Assembly: GCA_963727445.1 (NCBI GenBank)
Contig: CAVSGI010000010.1
Span: forward strand, 128,001 to 192,000
Direction: 5' to 3'
Length of the DNA: 64,000 bases
Source of the DNA: an uncultured delta proteobacterium
GTDB taxonomy: Bacteria > Myxococcota_A > Polyangia > Polyangiales > B10-G4
Positions 54,881 through 64,000 of the stretch are shown piece after piece. How positions within the stretch are numbered: the first letter of the stretch is position 1; each line of letters opens with the position of its first letter. Made by a program: the position numbers and the translations under genes. The notes beneath the pieces were generated by a model, which did not search any database, was not told the origin of the DNA, and was given only the letters and a program-made list of their open reading frames with translations.

Positions 54881-55597
54881 CTAGCCGCCCATCCCACCCG
54901 CGCAGAAGTTCGGCACGATGGCGTCGCTCCAGACGCCGTCGGAGCAGTAAGTGCCGCCGCCGAAGTTGCACACCGCATAGGTGCACGTCTCGCCTTCGAG
55001 GGTGCAGGCACTGCCGACGCGCGGGCGGTTCGGGGGGCACTCCGCCAGTGAAGGGTCGTCGCACCGCCACTGGTACGTCGTGGTGCCGCCCGGGCCGCTG
55101 GACACGAACGGATAGCAGACGCAGTGCGCGTCGCCGTACACGCACAGATCCGTCGGGTCCGATTCAGTGCACGTTCCGCTCGGCGGCTCGGGTGGGCAGC
55201 CGGGACCGAGCGTGGTGGGCGTCGGACAGACCGTCGGGTCGGGATCGCGAACCATCCACGTGCCGTCCGAAGGACCACCTACCCAACACTGCGCCAGGTA
55301 GTTGCAGCGCGAGCTCCAGTCGTCTCCGTATTCGCACGAGAGGCCGGGATGATCGCAGTGATCACCGTCTGCCGGAATGGCCGACGGGCAATCGGGCACC
55401 AGCGTGCCGGAGTCGCGGGGCCGCGTCCCGCTGTCGGTGGCCGAGGAGTCGGCGGCGCGGCTGTCACCGATGGTGCCATCGGGGAGGCTGGCGTCACCGG
55501 ATTCGTGGGACTCGCCACAAGCGGTGCACGCGAGCAACAGCGCGGTGGTCGGCCCCCAAAGACACCATGAGCCGTTGCGGCGAGTGAAGTGACGCAT
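54881..55597 (-). CDS. Cys-rich repeat lipoprotein
   Basis: Signal LLLAC; three repeats of CP...P..G..C......C.Y....C.C....W. Confidence 0.75.
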   Translation of the reverse strand: MRHFTRRNGSWCLWGPTTALLLACTACGESHESGDASLPDGTIGDSRAADSSATDSGTRPRDSGTLVPDCPSAIPADGDHCDHPGLSCEYGDDWSSRCNYLAQCWVGGPSDGTWMVRDPDPTVCPTPTTLGPGCPPEPPSGTCTESDPTDLCVYGDAHCVCYPFVSSGPGGTTTYQWRCDDPSLAECPPNRPRVGSACTLEGETCTYAVCNFGGGTYCSDGVWSDAIVPNFCAGGMGG

Positions 55598-55629
55598 GGT
55601 GGGAGCCTACCAGCCGCGGGTCTGGCCGC

Positions 55630-56925
55630 TCACCGCCCCTCGCCGCGCGCCTCGGCGTCGAGCTCAGCGAGCATCTTGTCGAGCTCGGGGTCGCCCGTTT
55701 CGGAGGGAGGCGGGTCGTGGGCAGGGATGTGCACCTCGCCGACCGAGGTGGCGTCGTCGAAGTCGAGCTCGACCGGGATGGAGGAGAGGATCTGGACCTC
55801 CTGGCCGACCTGATAGACGACGGTCCTCTCGTCCTCGTCGGCGTCGTCGTCGTCGATCTCCTCCACCTCGTCCGCCAGGCTCGCCTGCTCTCGCTTCTCT
55901 TTCTCGGCGTCGAGCATCGCGAGGAAGTCCCCGAGCTGGACGGCCTGGGTGAGCTCGGGCTCCTCTTCCTGCGAGGACTGGCCGGTCTCGAGGTAGTGGG
56001 AGAGCTCCTGTCCGAGCTCCATGGCGCTCCGGTAGCGGCGCTTCGGGTCGAGGCGCAGGGCCCGCTGCAGGATCCGGAAAAGCGGCTCCGGGATCGTCTG
56101 CGGTCTCGGCAGCGTGTCCTCGTCGAAGGCGATCCGATGCTCGATGTAGGCGAGCACGCGGCGCGCGATCTCGCGCTGATCGGTTCCGGACATGTCGAGC
56201 TGAAAGAGCTTACGGCCCGTGACCATCTGCCAGAGGATCAACCCCACGCTGTAGACGTCGCTCCAGGTGTCGGTCCGCATCTGATCCGCCCGCTCCGCGC
56301 GCGAGTCGGCGAGCTGTTCCGGCGCCACGTAGTCGAGCGTCCCCAACACCAGCCCGGTGTCCAGGTTCTCGGCGAAGTCGTGGCCCTGCAGGATGTCCTC
56401 GTCCTCCATCAGCTCGAGGAGCCCCTGCGCGTCCTTGACCAGCCCGAAGTCCATGAGCTTCACGGTGTTGTCGACCGTGAGCATCACGTTGTTCGGGTTC
56501 ACGTCGCGGTTGGCCAGGCCGAGGCGATGCATGCCGCGGAGCGCGGCGCAGAGCTGCGTCCCGATGGCGCAGGCCGCCTTCACCTCCCACCGGGCACCCG
56601 GCCTCAGGATGCTCGACAGCGTCCGCCCGTTCACCAGCTCCATCGCATAGAACGGCCGGCCGTCGGGCAGCAGCCCGTCGCCCACGTAACGAACGCAATA
56701 AGGGCTGCGGGGGAGCTCACGCAGCACCTTGATCTCCCGCACGAAGCGCTTGAGGGCCTGCTCGTTGCGTTGGTGCGGCACCTTGACGGCGCAGAGGGCC
56801 CGCTCCGGCGTCTGCGCCTCGTACACCCAGGCGAACCCTCCGGTGTCCAGGTGGCGCACAATCGCGAACCCACCGGGCAGTGTGTATCCGATGAGGTCAT
56901 CCGCGGGCGGCATCGGCCCCATCAT
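55630..56925 (-). CDS. Cytoplasmic Ser/Thr protein kinase with a variant catalytic loop and acidic tail
   Basis: TGGFAWVY, CAVKV, NRDVNPNN, DFG, GTLDYVAPE, SDVYSVG. Start uncertain (56913-56961). Confidence 0.85.
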   Translation of the reverse strand: MMGPMPPADDLIGYTLPGGFAIVRHLDTGGFAWVYEAQTPERALCAVKVPHQRNEQALKRFVREIKVLRELPRSPYCVRYVGDGLLPDGRPFYAMELVNGRTLSSILRPGARWEVKAACAIGTQLCAALRGMHRLGLANRDVNPNNVMLTVDNTVKLMDFGLVKDAQGLLELMEDEDILQGHDFAENLDTGLVLGTLDYVAPEQLADSRAERADQMRTDTWSDVYSVGLILWQMVTGRKLFQLDMSGTDQREIARRVLAYIEHRIAFDEDTLPRPQTIPEPLFRILQRALRLDPKRRYRSAMELGQELSHYLETGQSSQEEEPELTQAVQLGDFLAMLDAEKEKREQASLADEVEEIDDDDADEDERTVVYQVGQEVQILSSIPVELDFDDATSVGEVHIPAHDPPPSETGDPELDKMLAELDAEARGEGR

Positions 56926-56961
56926 ACTCCCTCCGCGACCCGGAGCGTCAGGCGTCGACAC

Positions 56962-57396
56962 TCACCCGTAGTCGCGGAGCATCTTCTTGAGCTCCAGGGT
57001 GTGCATCTCCTCGGTGCCAATCTTGGTGCGCACGAACTCTTCGAGATAGACGCTGGCGCCCTCGACCACGGCCAGGAGCTTCTTGTAGAGCGCGAGGGCC
57101 CGGCGCTCGTGCTCGAGGCTCTCGGCGAGGATGTCCTTGAGGGAGTGCTGGTGGGTCTCTTCGATGGGAGAGATCCGCAGCGTCGGGTGTCCCTCGAGGC
57201 CGGTCAGGATCTCGCCGACCTCCTGCGCGTGGAGCAGCGACTCCTGGGCCTGGCTCTTCATGAAGGCCACGATCGGGAGCCGATGAGGGCCTGTGACCAT
57301 CAGCGAGTAGTGCGTGTAGCGCACCACGCCGGCGAGCTCGGCCTCCATCAGCTCGTTCAGGAGCGCGGTCGCAGCGTCGAGATCCAGGTCTTCCAT
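56962..57396 (-). CDS. Bacterioferritin/ferritin-like di-iron protein
   Basis: LNELMEAE, ESLLH, EHE..A...Y, EEMH. Confidence 0.88.
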   Translation of the reverse strand: MEDLDLDAATALLNELMEAELAGVVRYTHYSLMVTGPHRLPIVAFMKSQAQESLLHAQEVGEILTGLEGHPTLRISPIEETHQHSLKDILAESLEHERRALALYKKLLAVVEGASVYLEEFVRTKIGTEEMHTLELKKMLRDYG

Positions 57397-57438
57397 GGCG
57401 GCTTCATCCCACGACGGCCCAGCGGTTTCAATGCGTCA

Positions 57439-59601
57439 TCAGCGCGCGGGCCGAACCTCGACGTTAATCCCGTTGAGGACGGCGTTTCCGCTGAGCACGT
57501 CGAGGAGCGCCGGGTCGGTGAGGTCGTTGGCGCTGACGCCCGGCCTCTGTCCGGCGACCCTCAGCTTCGCGCCGCGCCGGTCGTGCCCGAAGCCGTGAGG
57601 CAGGCTCACCACGCCCCGCATCATCGCGTCGGTGCGCTCGATCGGCACCGTCACCGAGCCGACGTGGTTCGAGACCTCGGCCTCTTCACCCTCCGTGAGA
57701 CCCAACGCCTCCGCATCGTCGGGATGGATCATCAAGGTGCAGAGCGGCTTGCCGGCGGCGAGCTTGGGGACGTTGTGCATCCACGAGTTGTTGGTGCGTA
57801 GATGGCGCCGCCCGATGAGCCGGAACGCGCTCTTCCGATCGGCGTCGGGGAGCTCGGCCGGGAGCTCGCGGTCGAGGCGGTCGAGATCGTCCACGAGGAT
57901 CTCCGGCGCTACGTCGATGTGACGATGGGCCGGGTGCAGGCGCTCTTCGAGGCATGGCCGTAGAGCGCCGAGGTCGAGGCCGTGCGGGGCGTTCGCCAGG
58001 CGCGCGAGGCTCAGCCCTTCCTTGCCGGGCCCCATGCCGCGCGGTCCGACGCGCAGGCCGAGGTCGAGAATGCGATCCGGTCCGAGCTTCTCGAGCGCCT
58101 GCCACTTCGCTGCGCTGAGCGCTCCCTCGCCGCGCACCCGGGCGAGGTGACGCAGAATGCCGGCGATGATCCGGTGCTCTGGTCGCGTGTCCCCGCTGGG
58201 CGGAAAGAGGGGCGGCGACCACTTCGCGACGTTGCGGACCGCGAGGAGGTTGATCCCGATGTCGTAGTGGCTGCGCTCGAGCGGCGAGGCGGGCGGCAGG
58301 ATGAAGTCCGCGTGCCGCGTCGTCTCGTTCACGTAGGGATCGATGCTCACCATGAAGTCGAGGCTCGACAGGGCATCGTCGAGGCCGCGCCCATCGGGCG
58401 TGCTCAGCACCGGGTTTCCCGCGGAGGTGACCAGCGCGCGGATCGATCGCTCTCCCGCGTCGAGGATCTCCTCGGCGAGGACCGCCACCGGCAGCTCGCC
58501 CCCGAACTCGGGCAACCCGCGCACCGTCGAGTGCCAGCGACCGTAGCTGCCGCGCCCCAGCTTGATGGGGGGCGGCGGGTGAACGATGTCGAAGGCGGGC
58601 TCGGTGAACATGGCGCCGCCCGGACGGTCGAGGTTGCCCGTCGCGAGATTGATCGCGTTCATCAGCCACTGGCAGGTGGCCCCGAAACGCTGCGTCGACG
58701 TACCCATGCGGCCGTAGACCACGGCGCCGTCGCTCTCGGCCAGCTCGCGCGCCAGACGCTTCACCACGTCGGCCGCGATACCCGTGGGGCCCTCCGCCCG
58801 CTCCGGCGTGAAGCGCTCGAGCGCCGAGAAGAGCTTGGCCTCGCCGCGCACCAGGTGGACCAGGTGACCGGGCCGCATGCCCTGCGTGCGCAGGATCTCG
58901 CCCAGCAGGGCTGCGAGGAAGAGCGCGTCCGTCCCCGGGCGGATGAAGAGGTGCTCGCTCGCGATGCGCGCCGTCTCGGTGCGCCGTGGATCGACGACGA
59001 TGAGCCGCCCTCCGCGCTTCATCAGCGCCTGGAGGCGACCTTTGATGTCGCCGCCCGACATGAAGCTGCCGCCCGAAGCGACCGGATTGGCCCCCAGCAT
59101 CAGGAAGGTCTGGGTGCGGTCCACGTCCGGCACCGACCACAGGAGCTGGTGGCCGTACATGAAGTACGAGGCGAACATCGCGGGCCATTGGTCCACCGAG
59201 CTCGCGCTGAAGCGGTTCTTGGTGCGAAGGCCCCGGATGAGGAGCGGGCCGAAGAGGAGGGCGCCGAGGTTGTGCGCGTTCGGGTTGCCGGCGTAGACGG
59301 CGACCGAGTCGTTGCCGTGCGCCGCCTGGATCTCGTGCAGGCGCGTCGCGATCTCGGAGAACGCGTCTTCCCAGGAGACGCGCGCGAAGCGTCCACGACG
59401 CTCGCGCCGGAGCGGGTAGCGGAGGCGATCCGGGTCCGTGTGCAGATCCCGAAGCGCCACGCCCTTGGGACAGATGTGCCCCTGGCTGAGCGGGTCCCGA
59501 GCATCACCGCGGATGCTCAGAACCTCGCCGTCGTCAGCCTCAATCTCGAGCCCGCACATCGCCTCACAGAGAGTGCACGTTCGATAATGCGTCGTCGCCA
59601 C
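57439..59601 (-). CDS. Molybdopterin-dependent oxidoreductase with an N-terminal 4Fe-4S motif
   Basis: CTLCEAMCG...ICPKG, LGANP, VVDPRRTETA, TGNLDRPGG, NETTRHADFILP, NNSWMHN, IHPDDA. Confidence 0.92.
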   Translation of the reverse strand: MATTHYRTCTLCEAMCGLEIEADDGEVLSIRGDARDPLSQGHICPKGVALRDLHTDPDRLRYPLRRERRGRFARVSWEDAFSEIATRLHEIQAAHGNDSVAVYAGNPNAHNLGALLFGPLLIRGLRTKNRFSASSVDQWPAMFASYFMYGHQLLWSVPDVDRTQTFLMLGANPVASGGSFMSGGDIKGRLQALMKRGGRLIVVDPRRTETARIASEHLFIRPGTDALFLAALLGEILRTQGMRPGHLVHLVRGEAKLFSALERFTPERAEGPTGIAADVVKRLARELAESDGAVVYGRMGTSTQRFGATCQWLMNAINLATGNLDRPGGAMFTEPAFDIVHPPPPIKLGRGSYGRWHSTVRGLPEFGGELPVAVLAEEILDAGERSIRALVTSAGNPVLSTPDGRGLDDALSSLDFMVSIDPYVNETTRHADFILPPASPLERSHYDIGINLLAVRNVAKWSPPLFPPSGDTRPEHRIIAGILRHLARVRGEGALSAAKWQALEKLGPDRILDLGLRVGPRGMGPGKEGLSLARLANAPHGLDLGALRPCLEERLHPAHRHIDVAPEILVDDLDRLDRELPAELPDADRKSAFRLIGRRHLRTNNSWMHNVPKLAAGKPLCTLMIHPDDAEALGLTEGEEAEVSNHVGSVTVPIERTDAMMRGVVSLPHGFGHDRRGAKLRVAGQRPGVSANDLTDPALLDVLSGNAVLNGINVEVRPAR

Positions 59602-59625
59602 ACCCGACTTGTAGCACGCCCCGCC

Positions 59626-61293
59626 TCAGGAACGGCGGCGCCGGCGTGCGAAGAAGAGCAGGCCCAGGCCCGAGACAATGGCGAAGCCGACACCGCTCGC
59701 GCCTCCGGCAGCGCTGCAGCTGGCTCCGCCGCCGCCGAGCCGTGCGCTCCGGGCCGTCGCCGTGGCCAGGGCGGTGCCGGGATCGACGCCGGGGCCGTAC
59801 ATTCCTCCGGCGCGGTCGTCGCAGTACTGCTCGTCGGTGCCGCGATAGGCGATGCCCTCGCGAAGCTGCACCTCACGTCCGCTGGGCAGCACCAGTTTCT
59901 CCGGTGCGTCGAAGGAGAAGTACTCGGGCGAGCACTCGGTGACGCGCACCGCGGTGTGGATGTTGCTGACCTCGGGCACGCTGGGATCGAGGTCGAAGAG
60001 CGGGTCGACGGTCATCTCTTCGGCGCTCATGGTGGTGAAGAGCCGCGTGAGCTGTGGATAGGTCGTGACCAGCTCCTGCGCGTGGTTACGGGGATCGACG
60101 ATCGCCGCGTCGAGGGCGTCGACGAAGGCGTTCGGATCGAAAGTCAGCGTCTCCAGGTACCCGTCGTAGTCGTGGCACCAGTCGTTCACGATGCAGTTGT
60201 AGAAGCCGTTGGGATCGGCGGCGATCGACTCGGGGGGCGGGACGAAACGCAGCAAGAGCGCCAGGAGCTGCTTGTCGCCGGTGAAGCCGCGCGACTGGAG
60301 GTTCATGACGAAGGTCGCCGGATCGGTCACGGTCCGGAGATCCTCGATCTCCATGATCCCCAGGTAGAAACTGTCGGAGGGCGTCGCGCCGGCGAACTCG
60401 GTGACGAAGGCCTGGCCCCCGGCGTCGTCCGCCGCTCGGCTCACGGCCGCCATGTAGTTCTCCGAACCGAGCCAGAAGCCTTCGGAATCGAGATCCGGCT
60501 CGGTGGACATGTAGTTGAGGGGCCGGGCGCGCTCCGCGCCGAGGATGTAGGCCGTGATCGGCATGTCGGGGATGGTGGCGATGGCGGTGAGCTTGATGGG
60601 CAGACACGCCTTCTGCTCCATGTAGTTCAGAACCACCGGCTGGATCTCGCCGACGCCCGCGTCCTGGCTGAGCTTGAGCGCCACGAAAAACGAGCCGTCG
60701 GCGATGTAATCCATCATCAACGGGACGGACGCCTCGGGGATGTCGTAGCCGTTGTCCGTGAGCCATGTCTGAAGGGCGGTGGCGTCGGTGGAGGACAGGA
60801 CGACGGCGTCGTAGGGGCCGACGGATTCCTGGAGGTAGACCGAGACCGACGAGCCGCTGTCGGCAGCGGCAGAATCCGCGTAGGAGGCACCTGCGTCGTA
60901 GCTGCCCCCCGCGTACGGCCCCTCGGGGTACAGGCTCGGACAGCTGGGGGTCGGCCGACAGGTCCCGGTCGTCTCGTAGTCAGTGCGGAACTGCACCTGC
61001 GTCGCTTGATTCAGCTGCTGGAAGAGCAGATCGGTGCCCACCGAGATCTCCGGGATGCTCGGGACGGGCAGGATCCACGCGAAGTCCATGGCCGCGCCCT
61101 GGTAGAGGATCTGGATGTGGGTCTCCATCGACCCGTCGTCCGCGACGGCATAGACGATGTTCTCGCCCGCCTGGTCGATGGGCTGGCGGTTACAGAAGAA
61201 GCCCCCGCAGGCCGCGGCCGGGGAGGGCGTGGCGAAGAGGGCCGCGGCGAAGGCGGCGCTCAGGGCGATGAGGAAAGAGAGAGTCCTGGACAT
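59626..61293 (-). CDS. DUF2330-like exported protein with a MYXO-CTERM-like sorting tail
   Basis: Signal then ACGGFFC, FAWILPVP, WL..NGY, FFVALKL. Tail is GGGGASCSAA, TM, RRRRRS. Confidence 0.82.
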   Translation of the reverse strand: MSRTLSFLIALSAAFAAALFATPSPAAACGGFFCNRQPIDQAGENIVYAVADDGSMETHIQILYQGAAMDFAWILPVPSIPEISVGTDLLFQQLNQATQVQFRTDYETTGTCRPTPSCPSLYPEGPYAGGSYDAGASYADSAAADSGSSVSVYLQESVGPYDAVVLSSTDATALQTWLTDNGYDIPEASVPLMMDYIADGSFFVALKLSQDAGVGEIQPVVLNYMEQKACLPIKLTAIATIPDMPITAYILGAERARPLNYMSTEPDLDSEGFWLGSENYMAAVSRAADDAGGQAFVTEFAGATPSDSFYLGIMEIEDLRTVTDPATFVMNLQSRGFTGDKQLLALLLRFVPPPESIAADPNGFYNCIVNDWCHDYDGYLETLTFDPNAFVDALDAAIVDPRNHAQELVTTYPQLTRLFTTMSAEEMTVDPLFDLDPSVPEVSNIHTAVRVTECSPEYFSFDAPEKLVLPSGREVQLREGIAYRGTDEQYCDDRAGGMYGPGVDPGTALATATARSARLGGGGASCSAAGGASGVGFAIVSGLGLLFFARRRRRS

Positions 61294-61437
61294 GTCGGTT
61301 CCTTCTCGAAGGGAGAGAGAGCAACCGAGGTAATCCACGCTTCGTGCCAACCGAAACTACGAAGGAAATAGGTGGTTGGTGAGGAGACGGGTTTGTCAGA
61401 GTGAGTCATCCTATGCCGGAGTGTGCCGGCGAGGGCT

Positions 61438-62340
61438 TCACTGACCCTGCATCTCCATGTGGCGCAGACGAGCGATCCGCACCTCGAGCGGCGGATGGGA
61501 GCGGAACAGCGCGCGGAAGCCGCTCTCCCGGCCGCCCCGGATCCCGAGCGCCTGAATCGAGTCGGGGAGCGCCGCCGGGGTGTCGCTCAGGAGCTGCAGT
61601 CGCTCGAGGGCGGCGCGCATCTTGGCCGCGCCGGCGAGGTGGGCCCCTCCGGCGTCCGCCCGGAACTCACGCTGCCGGCTGAACCACATGACGATGATGG
61701 TCGCACCGATGCCGAGCACCACCTGCATCACCATCACCGTGATCCAGTAGCCGATGCCCGGCCCATAGCGGCGTTCGCCGCGGCTGAGCCACGAGTCGAC
61801 CGCGAAGCCGATCACCCGCGACAGGAAGATCACGAAGGTGTTCAGCGTGCCCTGGATCAGCGTGAGGGTGACCATGTCACCGTTGGCGACGTGGCTGATC
61901 TCGTGCGCGAGAACGGCCTCGATCTGATCGTGATTCATGCGCGACAACAGGCCGGTGCTCACCGCGACGAGGGCGCCGTCCCGGCTCGCGCCGGTGGCGA
62001 AGGCGTTCATGTCGGGGGAGTCGTAGAGAGCGATCTCGGGCATCCCGATCCCCGCGGCCTTCGCCTGGCGACCGACCGTGTCGAAGAGCCACTGCTCGTC
62101 GGGGTTGCGCGGATGCGGAATGACCTGTGCGCCGGTCGACATCTTGGCGATCGTCTTCGACATCATCAGGGAGATGATCGAGCCGCCGAAGCCCCAGATC
62201 GCTGCGAAGACGAAGACGACGACCATCTGGCTCGGGTCGGTGCCGAAGATGCCCATCCCATTCAGGACGCTCATGACGATGCCCAGGACGAAGAGGACCG
62301 CCAGGTTGGTCAGAACGTAGAGGGTGACGCGCTTTGTCAC
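61438..62340 (-). CDS. htpX: Protease HtpX (M48 zinc metalloprotease)
   Basis: MNAFATG, AVLAHEISHVANGDMVT, FSRQREFRAD, SHPPLEVRI. Confidence 0.95.
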   Translation of the reverse strand: MTKRVTLYVLTNLAVLFVLGIVMSVLNGMGIFGTDPSQMVVVFVFAAIWGFGGSIISLMMSKTIAKMSTGAQVIPHPRNPDEQWLFDTVGRQAKAAGIGMPEIALYDSPDMNAFATGASRDGALVAVSTGLLSRMNHDQIEAVLAHEISHVANGDMVTLTLIQGTLNTFVIFLSRVIGFAVDSWLSRGERRYGPGIGYWITVMVMQVVLGIGATIIVMWFSRQREFRADAGGAHLAGAAKMRAALERLQLLSDTPAALPDSIQALGIRGGRESGFRALFRSHPPLEVRIARLRHMEMQGQ

Positions 62341-62455
62341 CTGGGGATCATGGACACGAAACGCCGGTCGAAAACCCCTCGGTGGCCGCCGTTGGTGTGA
62401 AAGCGACTTCTTCTCGTCAGGGGATTGCGCGATCCCGCCAGGTACCTAATTTGTC

Positions 62456-63367
62456 TTGATGGTCGGTCGTCCGAGGGAGCGGGCTCCCCAGCGCATCGTG
62501 GTCCTGACCGCGGTGGCGAGCCTCATCCTCCTGGCTCTGCTGGGCGCCGTCTACCTGATGACGGACAGCTACCTCGCGCTCGCGCAGGCCGCCGACAGCT
62601 TCTCCGACGTCTTCACAGCCATCGCCTTCCTCGTCTCGATGCGGGTGTCGGCTCAGCCGCCCGACGAGGAGCACCCGATCGGGCACCACAGCGCCGAGCC
62701 CGTGGCGGCGCTCCTCGCCGCGATGATGGCGGGTGTCCTGTGCTTCGAGGTCATCCGCGGTGCCGTCGTCGACCTGATCGGAGGACACACCCCCGACCTG
62801 ACCTATCCCCTGCTCTGGGTCTTTCTCGCCAAGGTGATCGTCAAGACGGGCATCGCCCTCTACGCAGCGAAGGTGAACCGCGAAGCGCGGAGCCCGGCGC
62901 TCGGCGCGCTCGTCGTGGACGCCCGCAACGACGTGGCGGTGGGGCTCGTCGCCGTGGTCGGCTTCTTCGTCGCGCGGTCAGGCAGCCCGAGCTTGGATGC
63001 GTGGCTCGCATTGCCGGTGGCGGCCTGGGTCGGGTGGGCCGGCTTCTCTCTCGCGCGGGAGAACATCGGCTTCTTGATGGGAGAGGCGCCCGACGACGCC
63101 AGGCGCCGCGAGCTCCGAGACGTCGCGGCCTCGGTCGCGGGCGTGAAGTCGGTGCACGGCCTGCTGGCCCGTCATCATGGCGCCGAGCTCGACGTGCTGA
63201 TCCACGCGGTGGTCGATCCCGACCTGGAGCTGAAGGACGCACACGACATCGGGCACCGAGTCGAGCAGCGGCTCCTCGAAGAGCGGGACGTCTGTCACGC
63301 CGTGGTCCACGTGGACGTCAACCCTGCGGGCGACGACACGGGTGAGCTCCCTACCTCCGACGCGTGA
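62456..63367 (+). CDS. Cation diffusion facilitator (FieF-like) transporter
   Basis: Six TMs, DSFSD, PPDEEHPIGH, DARND, C-terminal domain 'AHDI...VVHVD'. Confidence 0.9.
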   Translation: MMVGRPRERAPQRIVVLTAVASLILLALLGAVYLMTDSYLALAQAADSFSDVFTAIAFLVSMRVSAQPPDEEHPIGHHSAEPVAALLAAMMAGVLCFEVIRGAVVDLIGGHTPDLTYPLLWVFLAKVIVKTGIALYAAKVNREARSPALGALVVDARNDVAVGLVAVVGFFVARSGSPSLDAWLALPVAAWVGWAGFSLARENIGFLMGEAPDDARRRELRDVAASVAGVKSVHGLLARHHGAELDVLIHAVVDPDLELKDAHDIGHRVEQRLLEERDVCHAVVHVDVNPAGDDTGELPTSDA

Positions 63368-63453
63368 GGACACACGACGAGCCGGGCACGCACTACCTGG
63401 TGATGAGTATGTCCACGGCTGCGCGCTCTCCGAGCTGCTGCGCACCTTGGCCC

Positions 63454-64000
63454 TCAGCGTATGCAGCGCACCGTCAGGGTGGCGCCCTTCCCGCCTTCCT
63501 GGACGCCCCCGCCGAAGCCGACGGTGACGGTGAAGGCCTCGGTGGCGTCGGCTGCGCTCGTGGTGGAGGTCCACGCCGGGAGGGAGGGAGCGTTCGGATA
63601 GAGCGCGGGGTCGAGCCCGGGCATTCGCGAGCTGTCGATCATGCTTCGCAGCTCCTTGACGTCCGGCAGGCGCCAATCGTCGAAGCCGCCCCAAGAGAGA
63701 GCATCGCAGTAGGCGAGGGCGTCTTGCCAGGTGGCTGGATCGCTGGCGCCTCCGGCGCAGTCGTCGCCGCTCTGACCGCGCGCACAGCCCTGATGCGTGC
63801 GACCGGTGACGTGATCGACCACCACGGGCTCGCCCGAGACGCTCGCGTCGCGCTCTCGCGCGAGGGCGGGGTAGGCGAACGCGGTGCTGGTGCGAACGCA
63901 GCGCACCGCGCCGGTGGTGGTCGGCTCGGTGACCGGGGTGATCACGCCCAGCTTTCCGTCGACGCCGGAGAAGGGCGCGATCCAGACCGCGTTCGTCCCG
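63454..64000 (-). CDS. DUF1566/Lcl-like domain protein (5' part outside the window)
   Basis: 'VVDHVTG', 'TWQDALAYCDALSWGGFDDWRLPDVKELRS', 'WTST', and VRCVR/VRCIR repeat ends. Confidence 0.85.
   Translation of the reverse strand, partial: GTNAVWIAPFSGVDGKLGVITPVTEPTTTGAVRCVRTSTAFAYPALARERDASVSGEPVVVDHVTGRTHQGCARGQSGDDCAGGASDPATWQDALAYCDALSWGGFDDWRLPDVKELRSMIDSSRMPGLDPALYPNAPSLPAWTSTTSAADATEAFTVTVGFGGGVQEGGKGATLTVRCIR

Noticed and set aside
57982..61371. 1129-aa plus-strand ORF (likewise 41144..43825, 28213..30408, 47298..49508, 55717..57801)
   Set aside because: These lie antisense to well-supported genes, have shadow-type composition and show no family motifs.

Overview
GC-rich bacterial chromosomal window. 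The gene content (three eukaryote-like Ser/Thr kinases, an FHA-LuxR protein, an ECF sigma/anti-sigma block, a MYXO-CTERM-like tail, many Cys-rich lipoproteins) points to a myxobacterium, probably Polyangiales-like; this is an inference. It holds about 58 CDSs and two tRNAs (Pro-TGG, Arg-TCT). No integrase, transposase or CRISPR array is visible. The best candidate for an undescribed system is a tightly coupled six-gene minus-strand operon at 30431-38727: Zn-dependent dehydrogenase, asparagine-synthase-like amidotransferase, SAM methyltransferase, 2OG/Fe(II)-oxygenase-like protein, stand-alone A-T-R NRPS-like reductase and a NadR-like nucleotidyltransferase/kinase. Other highlights are a hemerythrin / PNPOx / PNPOx-GAF-wHTH module with four CCTA boxes at exact 11-bp spacing, a pseudokinase convergent with an intact kinase, a beta-barrel plus pentaheme cytochrome pair behind an ECF sigma factor, and a 30-bp REP-like element that supplies the stop codons of two convergent genes. 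Eleven genes carry single-base frameshifts. Six of these are repaired by changing GATTC/GAATC to GATC, which looks like a sequencing-error signature of GATC methylation rather than pseudogenisation. All family calls come from motif recognition by eye; no database searches were run.
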